A stretch of 64,000 nucleotides of DNA, from NCBI RefSeq assembly GCF_009914755.1, contig NC_060930.1; one strand, written 5' to 3'. Numbering within the stretch: the stretch's first letter is position 1; each line of letters starts with the position of its first letter. A model generated the notes under the pieces. It saw only the letters and a list, made by a program, of their open reading frames with translations, did not search any database and was not told the origin of the DNA. The stretch comes from the human T2T-CHM13v2.0 reference genome, Homo sapiens. Of the stretch, positions 24,043 through 37,994 are shown in pieces. The translations under genes and the position numbers were made by a program.

Positions 24043-26629
24043 GTAAGCCTCAGATGTGGGTCAGGGTTCTGCTCCCTAGAAGAGTGCAGCCTTGGGTTAG
24101 GCTGTGGAAATTCAGGATGGTTATATTAGGCGTCAGGGACAGCTACAACCCTGCAGCAGTGAGAGTGCACCAGTGGGCCCGGCAGGGGTGGTAGGGGACC
24201 CAGCAGCAAATTCTCTTGGCTTCTCAGGGTGACACCTTGGGCTCTCTAATCAGGGAGAGGTAGGAGGAGCTCCTTGGAGGCAAAAGCCCAGAGAATAAAA
24301 CCACCCTTCAGGCCTCCTGGTATTGGGATGGCCACCTGCCTCTCTGGGTAGAAGCTTAGTCCCAGGGAGTTTGGCGAGGACAGAGGATGAGACTGGCACA
24401 TCTATATGTGGCTCCGTTCAAAGCAACCCTTCCCCTCAACTTCTCTGTTCCTGAGTGGGTCTCTCCGCTAGCCATAGGCCTCTAGCCCTTTCTTTAGAGC
24501 TTCTTCCTGGAGTAGATGCTCCCAAGACAGGAAAGATAGATCCATCCTTTCCCAAGACTCAGAAGCAGCTTTTTTCTTATTAAATCTTTTGAGTCTCCTC
24601 AGGGGCTGTCCCACAGAGAAACAGAGAAATTACATGCAGATAACGCAGCCCAGGAGCTTATGGACACAGGAGCTGTTCCAACATGCTCAGGCATTGCCTG
24701 GAGGAACTGGGACCCAAAGAAAAGGGTCTACAGACTGCAAGGAGGGGGCTGTGTGCAGGGTACCTCTGTCTTATCCAGATTATGCCATCTCCAGGAATAA
24801 AACTAAGTAGTCTTCTTCCTCTTCCCTTTCTATTCCTGTAGTGGAAGACCCTTCTAAATCCTGAGCAAAGAATAAAAAGAGAATCTATGAGGCCATATTT
24901 CCTCCTTGAACCAAACGTTCCCTTCATGGGGTCTCCAGGAATGACCACAGGCAGAGTGGGTGCGAGACTAAGAGAAGTTTCAGGAAGAAAGGAGGCATGA
25001 TGCTTTCAAGGGGGAAAGGAAGCCCTGAGTGGCAATTTGGACTTGATATTTCAAGCTTGACAAGTGATTTTCCAGTCAGCCACAGTTTTAGCACTTATAA
25101 CATGAAGATCTATAGTAGTAAGGTCCCTTCCAGCTCAGATGTTTTCTGATTTTCAAGAGAACCTAAGGGAAAATGCATCCTATTTCCTGAGGCAAGAGTA
25201 GCCCCTGAATTTCCATTTGCCCATGCCCACCCAACTAATCTCACCCTCATCCTAGGATTAAGGGAGCAGCTGGGCACAGATTAATATAGACACAGGGAAA
25301 GCCTAAGGCAGCCTGGCCAGGAGAGTCCTCAATTCCAGTGGCTTTCTTATGGAAGGAGAGCCTTTTTCTAACACCTAAGCATGCTGGTATACGCTATCCT
25401 TAGTCATACACACACGCGTGTGCACACTACACTCTTGTGTGGCTTTCCAACACAGAGGGAGGGTAGGTCAAGAACAGAATTAGACTATGTTTGTTCAGCT
25501 GAACATGCTTTGGGGGTCCCAGAGCAATGGATCCTGAAGGGTTAAGTCCACTGATATAACTTACATTTGTCCAGGGCTTTATAATCACAACATAGTTTCA
25601 TGAACATGAGACCATTCAACACTCAGCACAAAGGTAGGAGAGGGAGATATATTATTGCCACTTTACAGAGGGGGAAACTGAGACTCAGAGAGATTGAATG
25701 GTATGTCCAAAACCACAGAACTGGTAGGTGGCACATCTTCTTACTCCCAGCAAAGTATCCTTTCTACTGGTTTCTTATTCATTCTGGATCCCAGGTTTCC
25801 CAGAGCTCCACGTTATCTCTATCTGGGAGGTAGTGAGGACCCAAGGCTCAGAAAAAGGGGCACAGAAGGGGCAACGTTCTGAGCATTCTGTGAACAGTTC
25901 AGGTGGGAGCAGAGCGCTGAGTGTTTCCTGGCCACAAGTAACAGCTGTAGAGAGCTGTCTCCTGGGCCCCTCTGGGTAAACAGATGGCTTAAAATAGCCC
26001 AGAGGTGCAGCTGGGTCTGTGCAGGGAGAGGGTGAGGGAATAGCTTTCCTCTCCTTCCCTCTTGAGATGCATTCCCCCCAGGACTCCCTCCTGGAGTCAA
26101 GGGGGTCAGCAAAGCAGCTTTTCTAGCCTGGTCTCCTATAGGGAAGATCTTTAGTGCTCCTTATATTTGGGCCAAAAACTAGCAGAAGAGCAGGTAGCTT
26201 TTCCGGAAACAGTCCGACATGAGGAGGGTAGCTGGTAGGAAGGAGAGATGCCCAGCTCATAGCGATTCTGGTTGAATAGGGCATTCAGGATAGAAAGCGG
26301 AACTGAGCACATTAACAAAATAACATGGTAGAATGTTCTGGAAAAGGGCCTAAGCCTGCCGTAGCGTGCTGAAGCCAGTTCCTGTTGGTTCACAAGTCTC
26401 TTCCCTACTCTGCATCCAGTGATATCACCTCGGGAGCTTGAAATCTCTGTAATGGGAGTACTTACCTTATGGAAATCAGCAAACTTTAGAAATTGGGGAT
26501 TCTTCCTTCTATCAGAGAGATGAGTGTTACACTTATCAGCACACCATTGAAAACCAGAAACCTCTGAAAGTGAGAGGAAGAGCAGTGGGAAAGGGATCAG
26601 GTTTGGTAATGCTTAAGACGGAGCTCTGA

Positions 26630-26984
<355 letters not shown>

Positions 26985-28623
26985 TAGCTTTGAGTGTCTA
27001 CTGTTGTCCAAAACCTTAGAAGTTAGATTACTCACTCTTTCAGGTGAGGAAACTAAGCCTCAGAGGGATTAAGTCATATGGCCAAAGCTTGTTGATGGAG
27101 TAGGATGTGAACCCCAGGACTGTCTGACTCCAAATCATCACACTGCATCCAAAAAACCAGAGAGGATTCTTTTTATATTTACTGAATAAGAGTTTTTCAT
27201 TTACTGCCTGTTTCCCCTGTTAGTATTTAACCTCTATGAGGACAGCACTTTGTCTTTTTCACTGCTTTATCTTTAGCACCTAGCTCCTGATAGGTACTCA
27301 ATACGTATTTGTTGAATAAATGAATGACCTAATGAATAAGAACCTTTTGGGTGGTTCTTAGGCTCTCTGTCAGACAAGACAGGGAATGAACTGGGGGAGG
27401 GTTTCTTGAGGACAGCAGCTCAGGGTGTATGACGATCCAGCAACACTAGATTTAGGTAAGAATTCCCCTGGCTCATGCCTGCTTCTGGACACAGCACGTT
27501 TTAGTAGAGCTCTGGGGCACGAGAGCTGGTTGTCTCCCCAGCTTTCCAACCCAGTGAGAAGTGACTGTGGCTCTGCCTGGCAGCACCCTTGATGTGAGCT
27601 TGGCTTTGTCTCTAGTTATGTTGTATATGTTTTTACAGAAAGCAGAACCTCCTATCCCAGGGATTATTATGGAACAAAGATAAATGGCACACAGAGTGAT
27701 TCTTCTTCTAACCACTTCTTTAGCTACCAGTAGTTTACTCTAGCCATGTAAGGAACACAGAGAGGCAGTGTCCAGAGGAGAAGGGTGAGATAAGGAGTGA
27801 GGGGACTTCGACACCAGTTAACACCAGCCACAGCCCTTTACCCTCACCCTGGCCTCTGGAGCACGCTGGGTGGTGTGTCACCAAGAAGAGAAGGCAGCGC
27901 ACTGACTCTGGCCAACCTGCCTTCCACAGAGGGTTGGGGGCAGGTCAAAGCTCAGGTGTGAAGACCATGCCTACCAGGGAAAACAGGCAAGTTCAGGGTT
28001 TCCCTTGGGCAAAATCCCATCCAGTCCCACAGTCTGGAGTTCCCTTCTCAGCTCTAGGGAGTCAGGCTGCTAGAACCCTCTGCTCCTGCTCTTACTACTC
28101 TTTCTGATTATGCCCACTCCTTGGTATCCGCTTTGAAAAGTGGTCTGAGAAAGCAGAAGGCCAATGAAACCAGCAATCCTCCCTCTTTCACGCCAGTCAC
28201 CAACAGGTCTAGTGAGGGAAAGCTGAAACAAGTCAACACATAATTACCTATGAGTAGATTTTTCCACTCATGGATTATTCTGGAGCAAATGTTTAATCTC
28301 AGTCCAGCTTCAACTGCCCTCTGGGTTGCTTCCTTTCACAGTATAGATTTACGCTTAGAAAATTCAAACGTTTTGAATGTGAACCTGAGAAAAATGTATT
28401 ACATTTACTCACATCCCTTCTCCCTCCATCAAGCAGATTATCTTCCCAATTTTTTTTCTAGATATTTGGACTCTCTGTTTCCTCCCAAGTGAACTGAAAT
28501 GTCCAGTAGCCTGGGTCTAAGCAGATGAAGTGTGACTGGTCTTGTTTGGAGAAAGTATGAGGAAATGGTGCTTAACAAGGTGCTATCAGAGGCTGGGGAG
28601 AGGGAATAGAAATCAGGCTGTAG

Positions 28624-28713
28624 GTTTCTACGCATGAGGAAGTGACTGGATCAGGGAAAGAAATCTACTACCAGCATCTCTCTCCTGACCACCACCCACC
28701 ACCACCACCCCAC

Positions 28714-28758
<45 letters not shown>

Positions 28759-28965
28759 CTACGCATGAGGAAGTGACTGGATCAGGGAAAGAAATCTACT
28801 ACCAGCATCTCTCTACTGACCACCACCCACCACCACCACCCCACCACACACCCACACACACACACACACACACAGGTTTCTACGCATGAGGAAGTGACTG
28901 GATCAGGGAAAGAAATCTACTACCAGCATCTCTCTACTGACCACCACCCACCAACACCACCCCAC

Positions 28966-28998
<33 letters not shown>

Positions 28999-29010
28999 AC
29001 ACACACACCC
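28624..29010. repeat. Composite minisatellite: 3 copies of a ~121-131 bp unit, each ending in (CCA)n(CA)n
   Basis: GTTTCTACGCATGAGGAAGTGACTGGATCAGGGAAAGAAATCTACTACCAGCATCTCTCT starts at 28624, 28755 and 28876. Confidence 0.95.
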
Positions 29011-31882
29011 CCACCCCTTTACCAGTAAAATATTTTCTGGGTTAAATGTAAAGGGCTATAGTTAAATATGATACTTAGGCCTATCATGCTACTTAAAAAA
29101 AACTGCTGGTGATGATTTAACAAGTTAGGTGTCATTATTTCCTTCCTTCCACTAGTGGGCATAATAGTGTTAATTTATTCTGTGAGTCTACAAAATTGCC
29201 CAAGATGGCCATGTTGTCTAGTTCCCTGGAGAAATTCCAGACTTCTACTACCTCTGTTCTCCTGGTTTCCCCCCAGGACGTAGCTATTTCGGTCTGTGAG
29301 AGGCCTAAAGAATCTCATCTGACCTTTTTGCTCCTTCTAGAAGACCAAGAAACCCATTCAGAAATCAAGCAAGTTTAGTCTCTGAGCAAGCCCAAGGGAA
29401 CGACTAGGAACCAAACCTTCCCTGCCTTTCCTTTGCTCCTTGAAAGCACTTCTTTTCCTGAGGCATCTAGTCCAGAAGGCCCTGCTGAGGGACAGAGTAG
29501 ATTCTAGGGCTGCTGGCCAGAGGGGTTGGAAACCCGTATTTATAGAGAGATGACCTTTCTTCCTCTCCCTTGGGTTTCAGGTTTCTTTGGGTCTTCTCCT
29601 CTTGCCTAGGGAAGAGGAGGAGGGGAAAATGTCAGAGCTTAAGAAGGGCAGAAAGAAACAGTCACCTCACAACCATCAAAGCCAATTTGCAATTGCATGC
29701 TGGGCCAAATTCACACTGGCCTAAATTCATACTTTCAGCTGAGCTATAGGGAGCTCCAGAAGGAAAAGAGGGACCACACAGCAGCTACTGTTTAAGCTTC
29801 CAAGCTATTTGAGTAGCCATGAATACTTGCCAGGGTTCCACCTGATAATCCATCATATAGGTGGCCCTGGATTAGACTTGGGGAGTGGGGCAAAAGGTCT
29901 TGAAGAGCAAGTTTGGGCAGGAACGGTAAGCTCTGAGCTTCTCAAAAGCAAAAAGCCACTCCAGGAAGTGAAGGGACCATTTGGCAACTGGTAAAGTTGA
30001 GGAGTGGTCTGGTGGGGTGAGTACCTTTGGGGAGCACTCACTATAAGTGAACGCCTGACAGGGATTGAGAAGAGGAGCAGGGAAACATCAGGCGATCCAT
30101 TCTCCTAAAATGTTAAGTAAACAATAAACACCTCCAACTAGGGACACAGGGGCTTAGAGAGCTAAGTATAGTACCTGATGGAATCCTGGGGCTGGGTCCT
30201 CAAACACATCCATCTCCACAGTGGAAAATGAACCTGACAGCACGGGACATGGAAACTTGGGTGGATACATTTTGGTGATGGGTGGGGGTGAGGGAATCCT
30301 GCAGGGAAATAAGTCAAGTTTACTCATATCTTTGGCATCTGCTGCTTATCCCTAGGCAGCCAAGGCCCTGGGATACCAGGGATTCCCCTGCAGCCCAGGG
30401 AGTCTGTTGACTTCTTTGGGGAAAGAGAAGAGGTGGAGACAGGCAATAGTAGAATTAATGGTGCCATAGGTATCTCTTGGGGCAGGCAGAGAGATTACAT
30501 TTTTAAAAAGGAAAACATTGAATCTTTCTAGCTGGTACTCATCTCCTCCTCTCTTGACATTTTTCATCTCTCCTATTAAAAATTCATTTTCTTTGGACTT
30601 CAAACTTGAACAAATCTTGCCTATTTTAGAAAAACACACACATACACATAAAAGTAAAAACAATCTTCAACTCTGATGTCTTCTCTGGCCCTTCTCTTTT
30701 TTCTTCTCCTTGTTATTACCAAAATTTTCAAAATTCCTGGACTTTTCCTGCTGTTTTCATTTCCTAACCATCCATCTCCTCCTCAAAGGCACCCACACAA
30801 TTCATCACCAAGTTTAGTGTCCTAAGATACCTACTGGACTTGTTCAATTTGAGGCTTTTCCTCAGCTTCACACTATCTGCCTATTGCCAAGACTGTAATC
30901 TTGCATGGACATCATTTTTATTGTTTTCCTTCTCAAGAACCTGTAACAATTCTCTACTGCCTCCCGAATCAAGGCCAAACTTTCGAGAACCTTCATAATA
31001 CTTCCTTTACTGTACCTATCCAATTTTAGCAGTCTTATAATGTTCTCAGCTGTTTTATTTACATCTTCTCTGTCCAGCTGCAATCTAGCTGCTAAATTAT
31101 AAGCATCTGGAGGGCAGAGACCAAGTCCTTTAAGATTTGGAGGTGACTCAATACTAAATACAGGCTTAACTATCCCAAGATACCCTTGAGTAGTCTGTCC
31201 TCACAGATAAAAATTCTTGGACACTTAGCATGTGACAATCCCTTTACCTGAAAGTAAACAGACTTGAGAAGTAGTCACTTGAGAAGGAGAGCATGTTATT
31301 GCAAGTTTTAGGCCATTTCATGCCAAGATGCAATTTACATGAGTTACAAGGAAGAGAAAAAAGCATAAAATGCTCTGCAAAATCTTTGTTTTGCTCTGTC
31401 ATGAGAAATTTTATATGCTTGCTACTTACCTGGCCACTTATTGGAATCATCCAGAGAGCTTTTTAAAAATACTGATGCTTGGACCACCTCTCCACATGTT
31501 CTGATTTAATTGGTTTGGCATGAGGCCCAGGCACTGACATTCTCAGTCTTCTAGGTGATTCTAAGGTATAGGCAGGTTAAAGATTCAGTGATTTAGAAAT
31601 GTAGGGGTATGTTGTGCTGGAAGAGTGATGGTGGAGACAATGTCCTAGTAGGGTGACCAAAATGCACACCTCAGTCCAAATTCTCCTCTCCTTCAGATAA
31701 ACCCTTCTGGATTTTTTAATGCTTTTTTTTTTTGTCACTGATGTTACCACAGACAAGACCTATTTATAGTAAGAGTGAATGCATTTCTGAAGTACTGACC
31801 TGGAAGAGCTACCTACTCTAGGCTGGTTCTAGAAACAAGAACTTATCATTCTTTCCTGTCCTTTTGTCTCCTTGACCTACAG

Positions 31883-32426
31883 AGAACGGCTGCCTGCCAA
31901 CTTCTTTAAATTCCAGTTCCGGAATGTGGAGTACAGTTCCGGGAGGAACAAGACCTTCCTCTGCTATGTGGTTGAAGCACAGGGCAAGGGGGGCCAAGTG
32001 CAGGCATCTCGGGGATACCTAGAGGATGAGCATGCGGCTGCCCATGCAGAGGAAGCTTTCTTCAACACCATCCTGCCAGCCTTCGACCCAGCCCTGCGGT
32101 ACAATGTCACCTGGTATGTGTCCTCCAGCCCCTGTGCAGCGTGTGCTGACCGCATTATCAAAACCCTTAGCAAGACCAAGAACCTGCGTCTGCTCATTCT
32201 GGTGGGTCGACTCTTCATGTGGGAGGAGCCGGAGATCCAGGCTGCTCTGAAGAAGCTGAAGGAGGCTGGCTGTAAACTGCGCATCATGAAGCCCCAGGAC
32301 TTCGAATATGTCTGGCAGAATTTTGTGGAGCAAGAAGAGGGTGAATCCAAGGCCTTTCAGCCCTGGGAGGACATTCAGGAGAACTTCCTATACTACGAGG
32401 AGAAGTTGGCAGACATCCTGAAGTAG
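31883..32426 (+). CDS. APOBEC2: APOBEC2 exon 2 CDS, cytidine-deaminase fold; total 224 aa; exon ends 32447
   Basis: HAEE...SSSPCAAC Zn motif in ORF 31872..32426; acceptor ctacag|; 131+544 nt = 225 codons. Confidence 0.97.
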
Positions 32427-34657
32427 GGCAACTGGGCTTTGCCTCACGTGAGTTTTCCTGGTGCCATGGCACCAACACTTTATTATGTTAACTCCAGTAG
32501 AAGGTGTGAGGTCAGGTAGAATCTGTGATATGTCTGATTTTCCTTTGGAAGGGTTTCATTTCTCTGCTTTTGACTGGTTGCAAAAATAGTTTAGAACATG
32601 TCTCTTTCCTCTGAATCCCTCTCTAAACTTTTCCCTCCCACACTTTTGTATCAAAGTAACTTTCCCCTAACTTAGAATACTCAAGGTTGACAGGAATCCT
32701 AAAACTTTCATGAGGCAAGATGACGTTCTTTGGTAAGATTTAGATGGTGCAAGCACCTGCTACTGAACCACAGCAGAGAAGATACTGAAATCCTCTGAGT
32801 ATGCCCCTGTGTACATGTCAGGGATTACTAATTCCAGACATCTTCTAGATGCCTCACTCCCATATCCACTGGCAATCTTACCATTCCATTTTTCTCTAAT
32901 GAATGTTTTTTAGTCCTTCAGGGACAATTTTTTCACTTATGGTAATTTTGAAATTCCCCAAATGGACTGGTATTTAACTTGTTTTAAGCCAGACCTGCTT
33001 TCATGTTTTCAAACAAATGGCTACACTTTGAAGGAGACCAACAATTGCTGTGTGAAAATACAATACGGGAACATTTTCCTTATGTTGAGAAGACCTCAGT
33101 AGAATTCATGGAGGATGTCGAATGCAGGAATGGGGATAATATAGCAACAAGCTAGTCCATGCAGGAACATTTAAAGAGTTAAAAAGACATTTGTAAAGTA
33201 GGCAGCAGCTCAGAAGTAACCTCTTACAGATATCAAGAGGTGATAGGAGAAAGATTAGCTATTTAAGCAAATAATTAGGACACAATTAAGGCCAATTTGG
33301 CCTCTTGCTGAGGGTAAATTAAACTCTAACAGAAACAGGCTAATTACCCTCAGGAAAGAGGGCTAAAGGATCCTTTACTATCTTTTTTACATTTAGTCTG
33401 ATTGAGTTTGCGCCTACAGAAATGCTATGACGAAGCCCCCTTTGCAAGGCCCCAGTTACTGATCAAAATCTTCCAGTAATAGAGGAGGGGTACTCACGAC
33501 ACTCTTACCCAACTTTAATCCTGCAACAACTCACATATTACTAAAACATGAAAACAACAAGCTTCCATGAAGATAATTTACTTTTGGTCTCTCTCACTCC
33601 TAACACCCTTAAGAGAAGATGTCGCTTCATAGACACGTTTAGGAAATATCAATGTTCCAGAGCTTGATGTTGGCAGGTGTTTTCTATTAGACATGCACAT
33701 GGGCACCTGATCATTCTCAAGCTGAGCATTTGCCAACCCATGAAGATACAACTTTCAGCCATTTCTTTTAAAAAGCAGGACCCAGTCACTGAAGTCAGTG
33801 AGCCTATGATAGGGTATACTGTGTGGTACTCTGCTCACATAAAATAAGACACTTTATAGTGGTGAACAGTAGTCAAAACAGATTTCTGAGGGTGCCCTCT
33901 GAGAATATAAAATTTAACCTTTAGAATTCCTTGAAGATTTTGTTAGTGTATGTACTATCACTGTAATTATAAACCCAACATAGATTCTACAGACTAACCG
34001 GCAGCTTAAAATTTAACCCCAGTATATTTTCCTTTCAGACATCTTTCAGAGTCAAGGGCCCAGGTGCCTAACTAGCAAGTCCTTAGAGCTTTTTTTTTTT
34101 TTTTTTTTTTTTCAGTGATTTCAAATATAACTGTATTATCTGGACCCATTAACATGCTTCCCTGTCTTCTATTTGAATTGCTCATGTTTGTGAAGGGAAA
34201 GGTTAAGATATATCAAGTTAAAAAAAAAAAAAACTGGCATGAGATAAGAGTGTAATCTAAAAGCCCAAAAGAACAACCCTGCTTAATTAAAATAATCTTG
34301 AGAAATGAGCATTTGTTAAATAAAGTGTCTTATTTTACATACTTATTTCATCTTTCTTTTTTTTTTTTTTAATGACAAAATAGTATTTAATCCTATATTT
34401 AGTCAAAAGACCAGAGTTAAACCAGATCTCTTCTGGGGCTTTTTCTGTGTAAACCACATCAAAACATGAACGAAAGACTGGCTTCTGGTTTAGTCAATCC
34501 TGGTAAATTTACCCAATCCTGCAAAGGAAACTATGGAGGAGAAATCCAGGGACTTGTTGGGAAGGGCACACAGAAACCTTAGTTCAAAAAGAAACTAGTC
34601 ATTGTTCGGGGCCAGCAGAGCTCTCAGTAACACATTTTCTTTGTTTGTTTTACCAAG

Positions 34658-35075
34658 GTATTCCTGCTGCCACCAAGAGACAGCAATGACATGTACAGCC
34701 ATCTGGGACATGCCTGTCTTCCTAATACCATTTGGAGCTGGACAACATTTGACACCAACCAATCATACTGGACAAGGCCCTTAGAGGACTTGAAATATAC
34801 TTCTCATGCTGTAGTTTATTTAGGCTGTGACTCTCTCTCTAATGCTGCTCTCGGGAAGGACGAAAGTGACCTGCAAGGAGAGAAATGCAACCATACATGG
34901 GCTCCAGTCAACTATGGGACTGAAGGTCCTAATTGCTCACCCAAGGGGGCTGCTTAACACAAACAGCCTCAGACCCGAGGTTTAGATTTCTGAAATATGC
35001 ATTTTATGTTAAGTTGGGTATTTTTTTAAAAAAAGAAAAACAGCAACATTAATAAAAGAAGTGGTGTGTTTTTCC
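34658..35075 (+). other. APOBEC2: APOBEC2 non-coding 3'UTR exon 3 (3' end approximate)
   Basis: Acceptor ttttctttgtttgttttaccaag| at 34657; AATAAA 35051-35056 followed by a GT/T-rich element. Confidence 0.75.
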
Positions 35076-35850
35076 CGTGGCCAGATTTTTAAGAAACTTG
35101 AACATCTGGAAGTTGCCACAGACAAGCGAGCTAGTCCAGACACAGGGACACTCCAGGCTATGAACCAAGCCATGGTTAAACCAAGACTTGCCTAGACAAT
35201 GCAGAATAACTCTCCCATACAGACTTCTTACGACAATCAAGTGAGGGCCTTTCCCTTCTCTGAAGGCAAGTAATAGGGCAGAAGGTGGAACAAAAAGCAT
35301 GAGAAATCTAAGGTAGCCACATCCCAAATGCCAGTTAATAAGCAACTAGCTTCTTTATTAGAGAGGAGCGGGTGAAAAGTAGTAGTTTAATGTTCAGATA
35401 TACAATCATTTAAAAGTATTCAATACATGGTGTTTGATGGTAATGGCAGGATGATGTCAAGTCTCTCTTTTTTTTTTTTTAAAGGTTTGTTTGAGTCCTA
35501 TGTGGAAGCAAAAATTCACAGGTGAATTTCCGGGTGTTTGCCAAACTCTAACTAGGTTTCCAGGAATAATGTGTTCACTCTGATTACCAGGGCATGCCTC
35601 CTTTCCTCAGGCTTCAAGTGTGATAAGTCGTCGGAATTTGACCCAAGACTACTATCGGCAAATGACAAAGTGCTTTATCACATTCCTGCTAAGTCCCAGA
35701 ATTCCACTTACAGCCAATCCTGAATGAGACTAGGTTTTGTCTAAAGAATCAAGGCTCAAACGCCAAGAAAAAAATAATAATAATAACCATAATCTCTTTA
35801 AAAGTAAAGGAAGCCTAGAAAATCCATGTTTTGACTTGTGTTAAGGTTTA

Positions 35851-35996
35851 CAGATGGTACTCAATTTACAATGGTTTGTCTTGCAATTTTTGGACTTTAC
35901 AACGGTGCAAAAGCCATACACATTCAGTACACCCTTCAACTGAACTCAACTTAAGATGGGGTTACCCAGACATAGACCTAAGTTGAGGAGCATCTG
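35851..35996. mobile_element. Tigger/MER47-type MITE
   Basis: TA|CAGATG...CATCTG|TA terminal inverted repeats with TA TSD. Confidence 0.7.
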
Positions 35997-36686
35997 TAAT
36001 TGCAGAGTTAAGCAAAATATTTTAAGTTTCTTTAAGTTTCTTATCCCCCACTCTCACTTTCAATTTTGTGTATTTAGATAATCTCTCCTTCCTTTTTCCC
36101 TTCAACTTTATGTGGACAAAAGCAATGCTTCAAGAAAAGCCTCAATCTAAAAGTTTGATAATGAACTTGACCCTCCACTGCCCCTACCCCAACAACATGA
36201 AGAACTTGTCTGTTCCACCTAGAAATACAAAAGTGAAATACTTTTTTGAAACTGTTGCCTCTTATCAGGCTGATATGTGATAAGAACACAGTCTAAAGTA
36301 CAAAGATTATATTTAACCAGTACTTTCCTGGTGTTTTAACCAGCCCCTTCTAAAATACAGTTGTTCTTTTATACTTGGGAAAGCAGCAAGTCCTGTGACA
36401 GACCCAAAGTCACTCTAGGGAGAAAATCAATAGCAAGTCTGGCTGTTTTAACTCTCAACACCACTGTAAGGGAAAACAAGAAAATGTCTAGTTTCCCGAA
36501 TAGCTCTGATACTGAACCATTGGCTAAATCCATGAACTTTATTTTCCTACCATGACCACAATAGACGACTGGTCTTTGCAGCTTCGGAAGAAAAGAGGAC
36601 TAATATTTAGACCCCAGCTGGCTGCACATCCAAATCTTCTATGGAGGTTAAAAACACAAAAGTGGCCATCCCACTCCACCACCAAA

Positions 36687-36975
<289 letters not shown>

Positions 36976-37568
36976 AATTTTTTGAGAGGAAGTGGCCTTT
37001 ATTTTTTTAAAGAAGACTCATAAGGATTTTTGACAATCACTGATTTATTGGGTCACTAGTCTGTGCTAAGTACTCTGCCAGGCATTTAACATACATTATT
37101 TCACTTGTTTTCATGATTAAATTCAGGCAGGTTCAATCACAGAAACCATGCAGTGGACAAAAGAGAGAAAAAGTTCACCATGAGGAGATTCTAAAAACCT
37201 GCCTTTTGACTTGTCTATTTTTATCTCTTATTTCTCACTTTGCTTCTCCTCCCGCTTGGACCCTTTGTCTGACTGTTTGAAATTAAGTTGCAGGTGAACC
37301 CTCCATTACCCATGTCCAGAACAAATAGACATAAGCACAGAACCTCACTAACTCCCCAAATTTTTATTTTTCCATTTTTATCACCACAAATTTCTTGGTA
37401 ACAATGTAGAATTTAATTTTGTAATTAAAACAAAAACTCTCCCCTAGGAGGAATCTGATGACATAAGGATAACACCAAGTTATGTGCACAAACGACAAAA
37501 AATGCCAAACTAACTGGAATGATCATCCTTCCTGAAATTTCTCTTAAAAAGCAGAGAAGTAGAACCAA

Positions 37569-37587
37569 TGCTGCCACCTAGTGGCCA
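37569..37587 (-). promoter_or_regulatory. CTCF motif in OARD1 3'UTR
   Basis: - strand TGGCCACTAGGTGGCAGCA, near-perfect consensus. Confidence 0.65.
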
Positions 37588-37891
37588 GCCAAACAAATCA
37601 GGTAGCATACTGGAGAAAAAGGTCATAGTCCCGACAATCTGGTTTCCCTGCCTATTATCAAGCCACCTAACTCCTTACTTTTCCACAAAAAAACACAACC
37701 ACATATCTTAAGCAAGCCCTCCTCCACAGTCATAATCCAAATACTTGAATACAGCAACCAAAGTCTGTCTTGTTAAACACACTACTTCTCATGAAACTTT
37801 CCTCTGCCTATTTTAAGGTAGGTTTGCCCGGTCCTATGGCCCAGTAGAGATGACACAGGAGAACACGGAAACATCCAAAATGTTCACTGGT

Positions 37892-37994
37892 TCAGAGTGT
37901 GTACACAGTAATTTTGATGTCTGTTGCCTCAAATACCTCCTCGATCATCGCAGATACATTTTCCCATTGCAGACGATCAAGACCACATCCAATC
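37892..37994 (-). CDS. OARD1: OARD1 (TARG1) last coding exon ([34 protein letters not shown])
   Basis: tttttcag| acceptor; macrodomain GCGLD loop; TGA at 37894-37892; total 459 nt = 152 aa. Confidence 0.95.

Noticed and set aside
25405-25426. CACACGCGTGTG alternating purine-pyrimidine palindrome
   Set aside because: Too short to support a Z-DNA or cruciform claim
28624-29010. Repeat-spacer appearance resembling a CRISPR array
   Set aside because: The 'spacers' are CA microsatellite, the units are too long, the context is a primate intron and there are no cas genes; it is a minisatellite
31964-32478. Antisense ORFs over APOBEC2 exon 2
   Set aside because: Shadow ORFs of a real coding exon; no independent promoter or splice evidence
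35619-35682. TGTGATAA...TTATCACA inverted repeat suggesting a snoRNA or pre-miRNA
   Set aside because: No proper C/D or H/ACA boxes and irregular inner pairing; an 8-bp match is within chance
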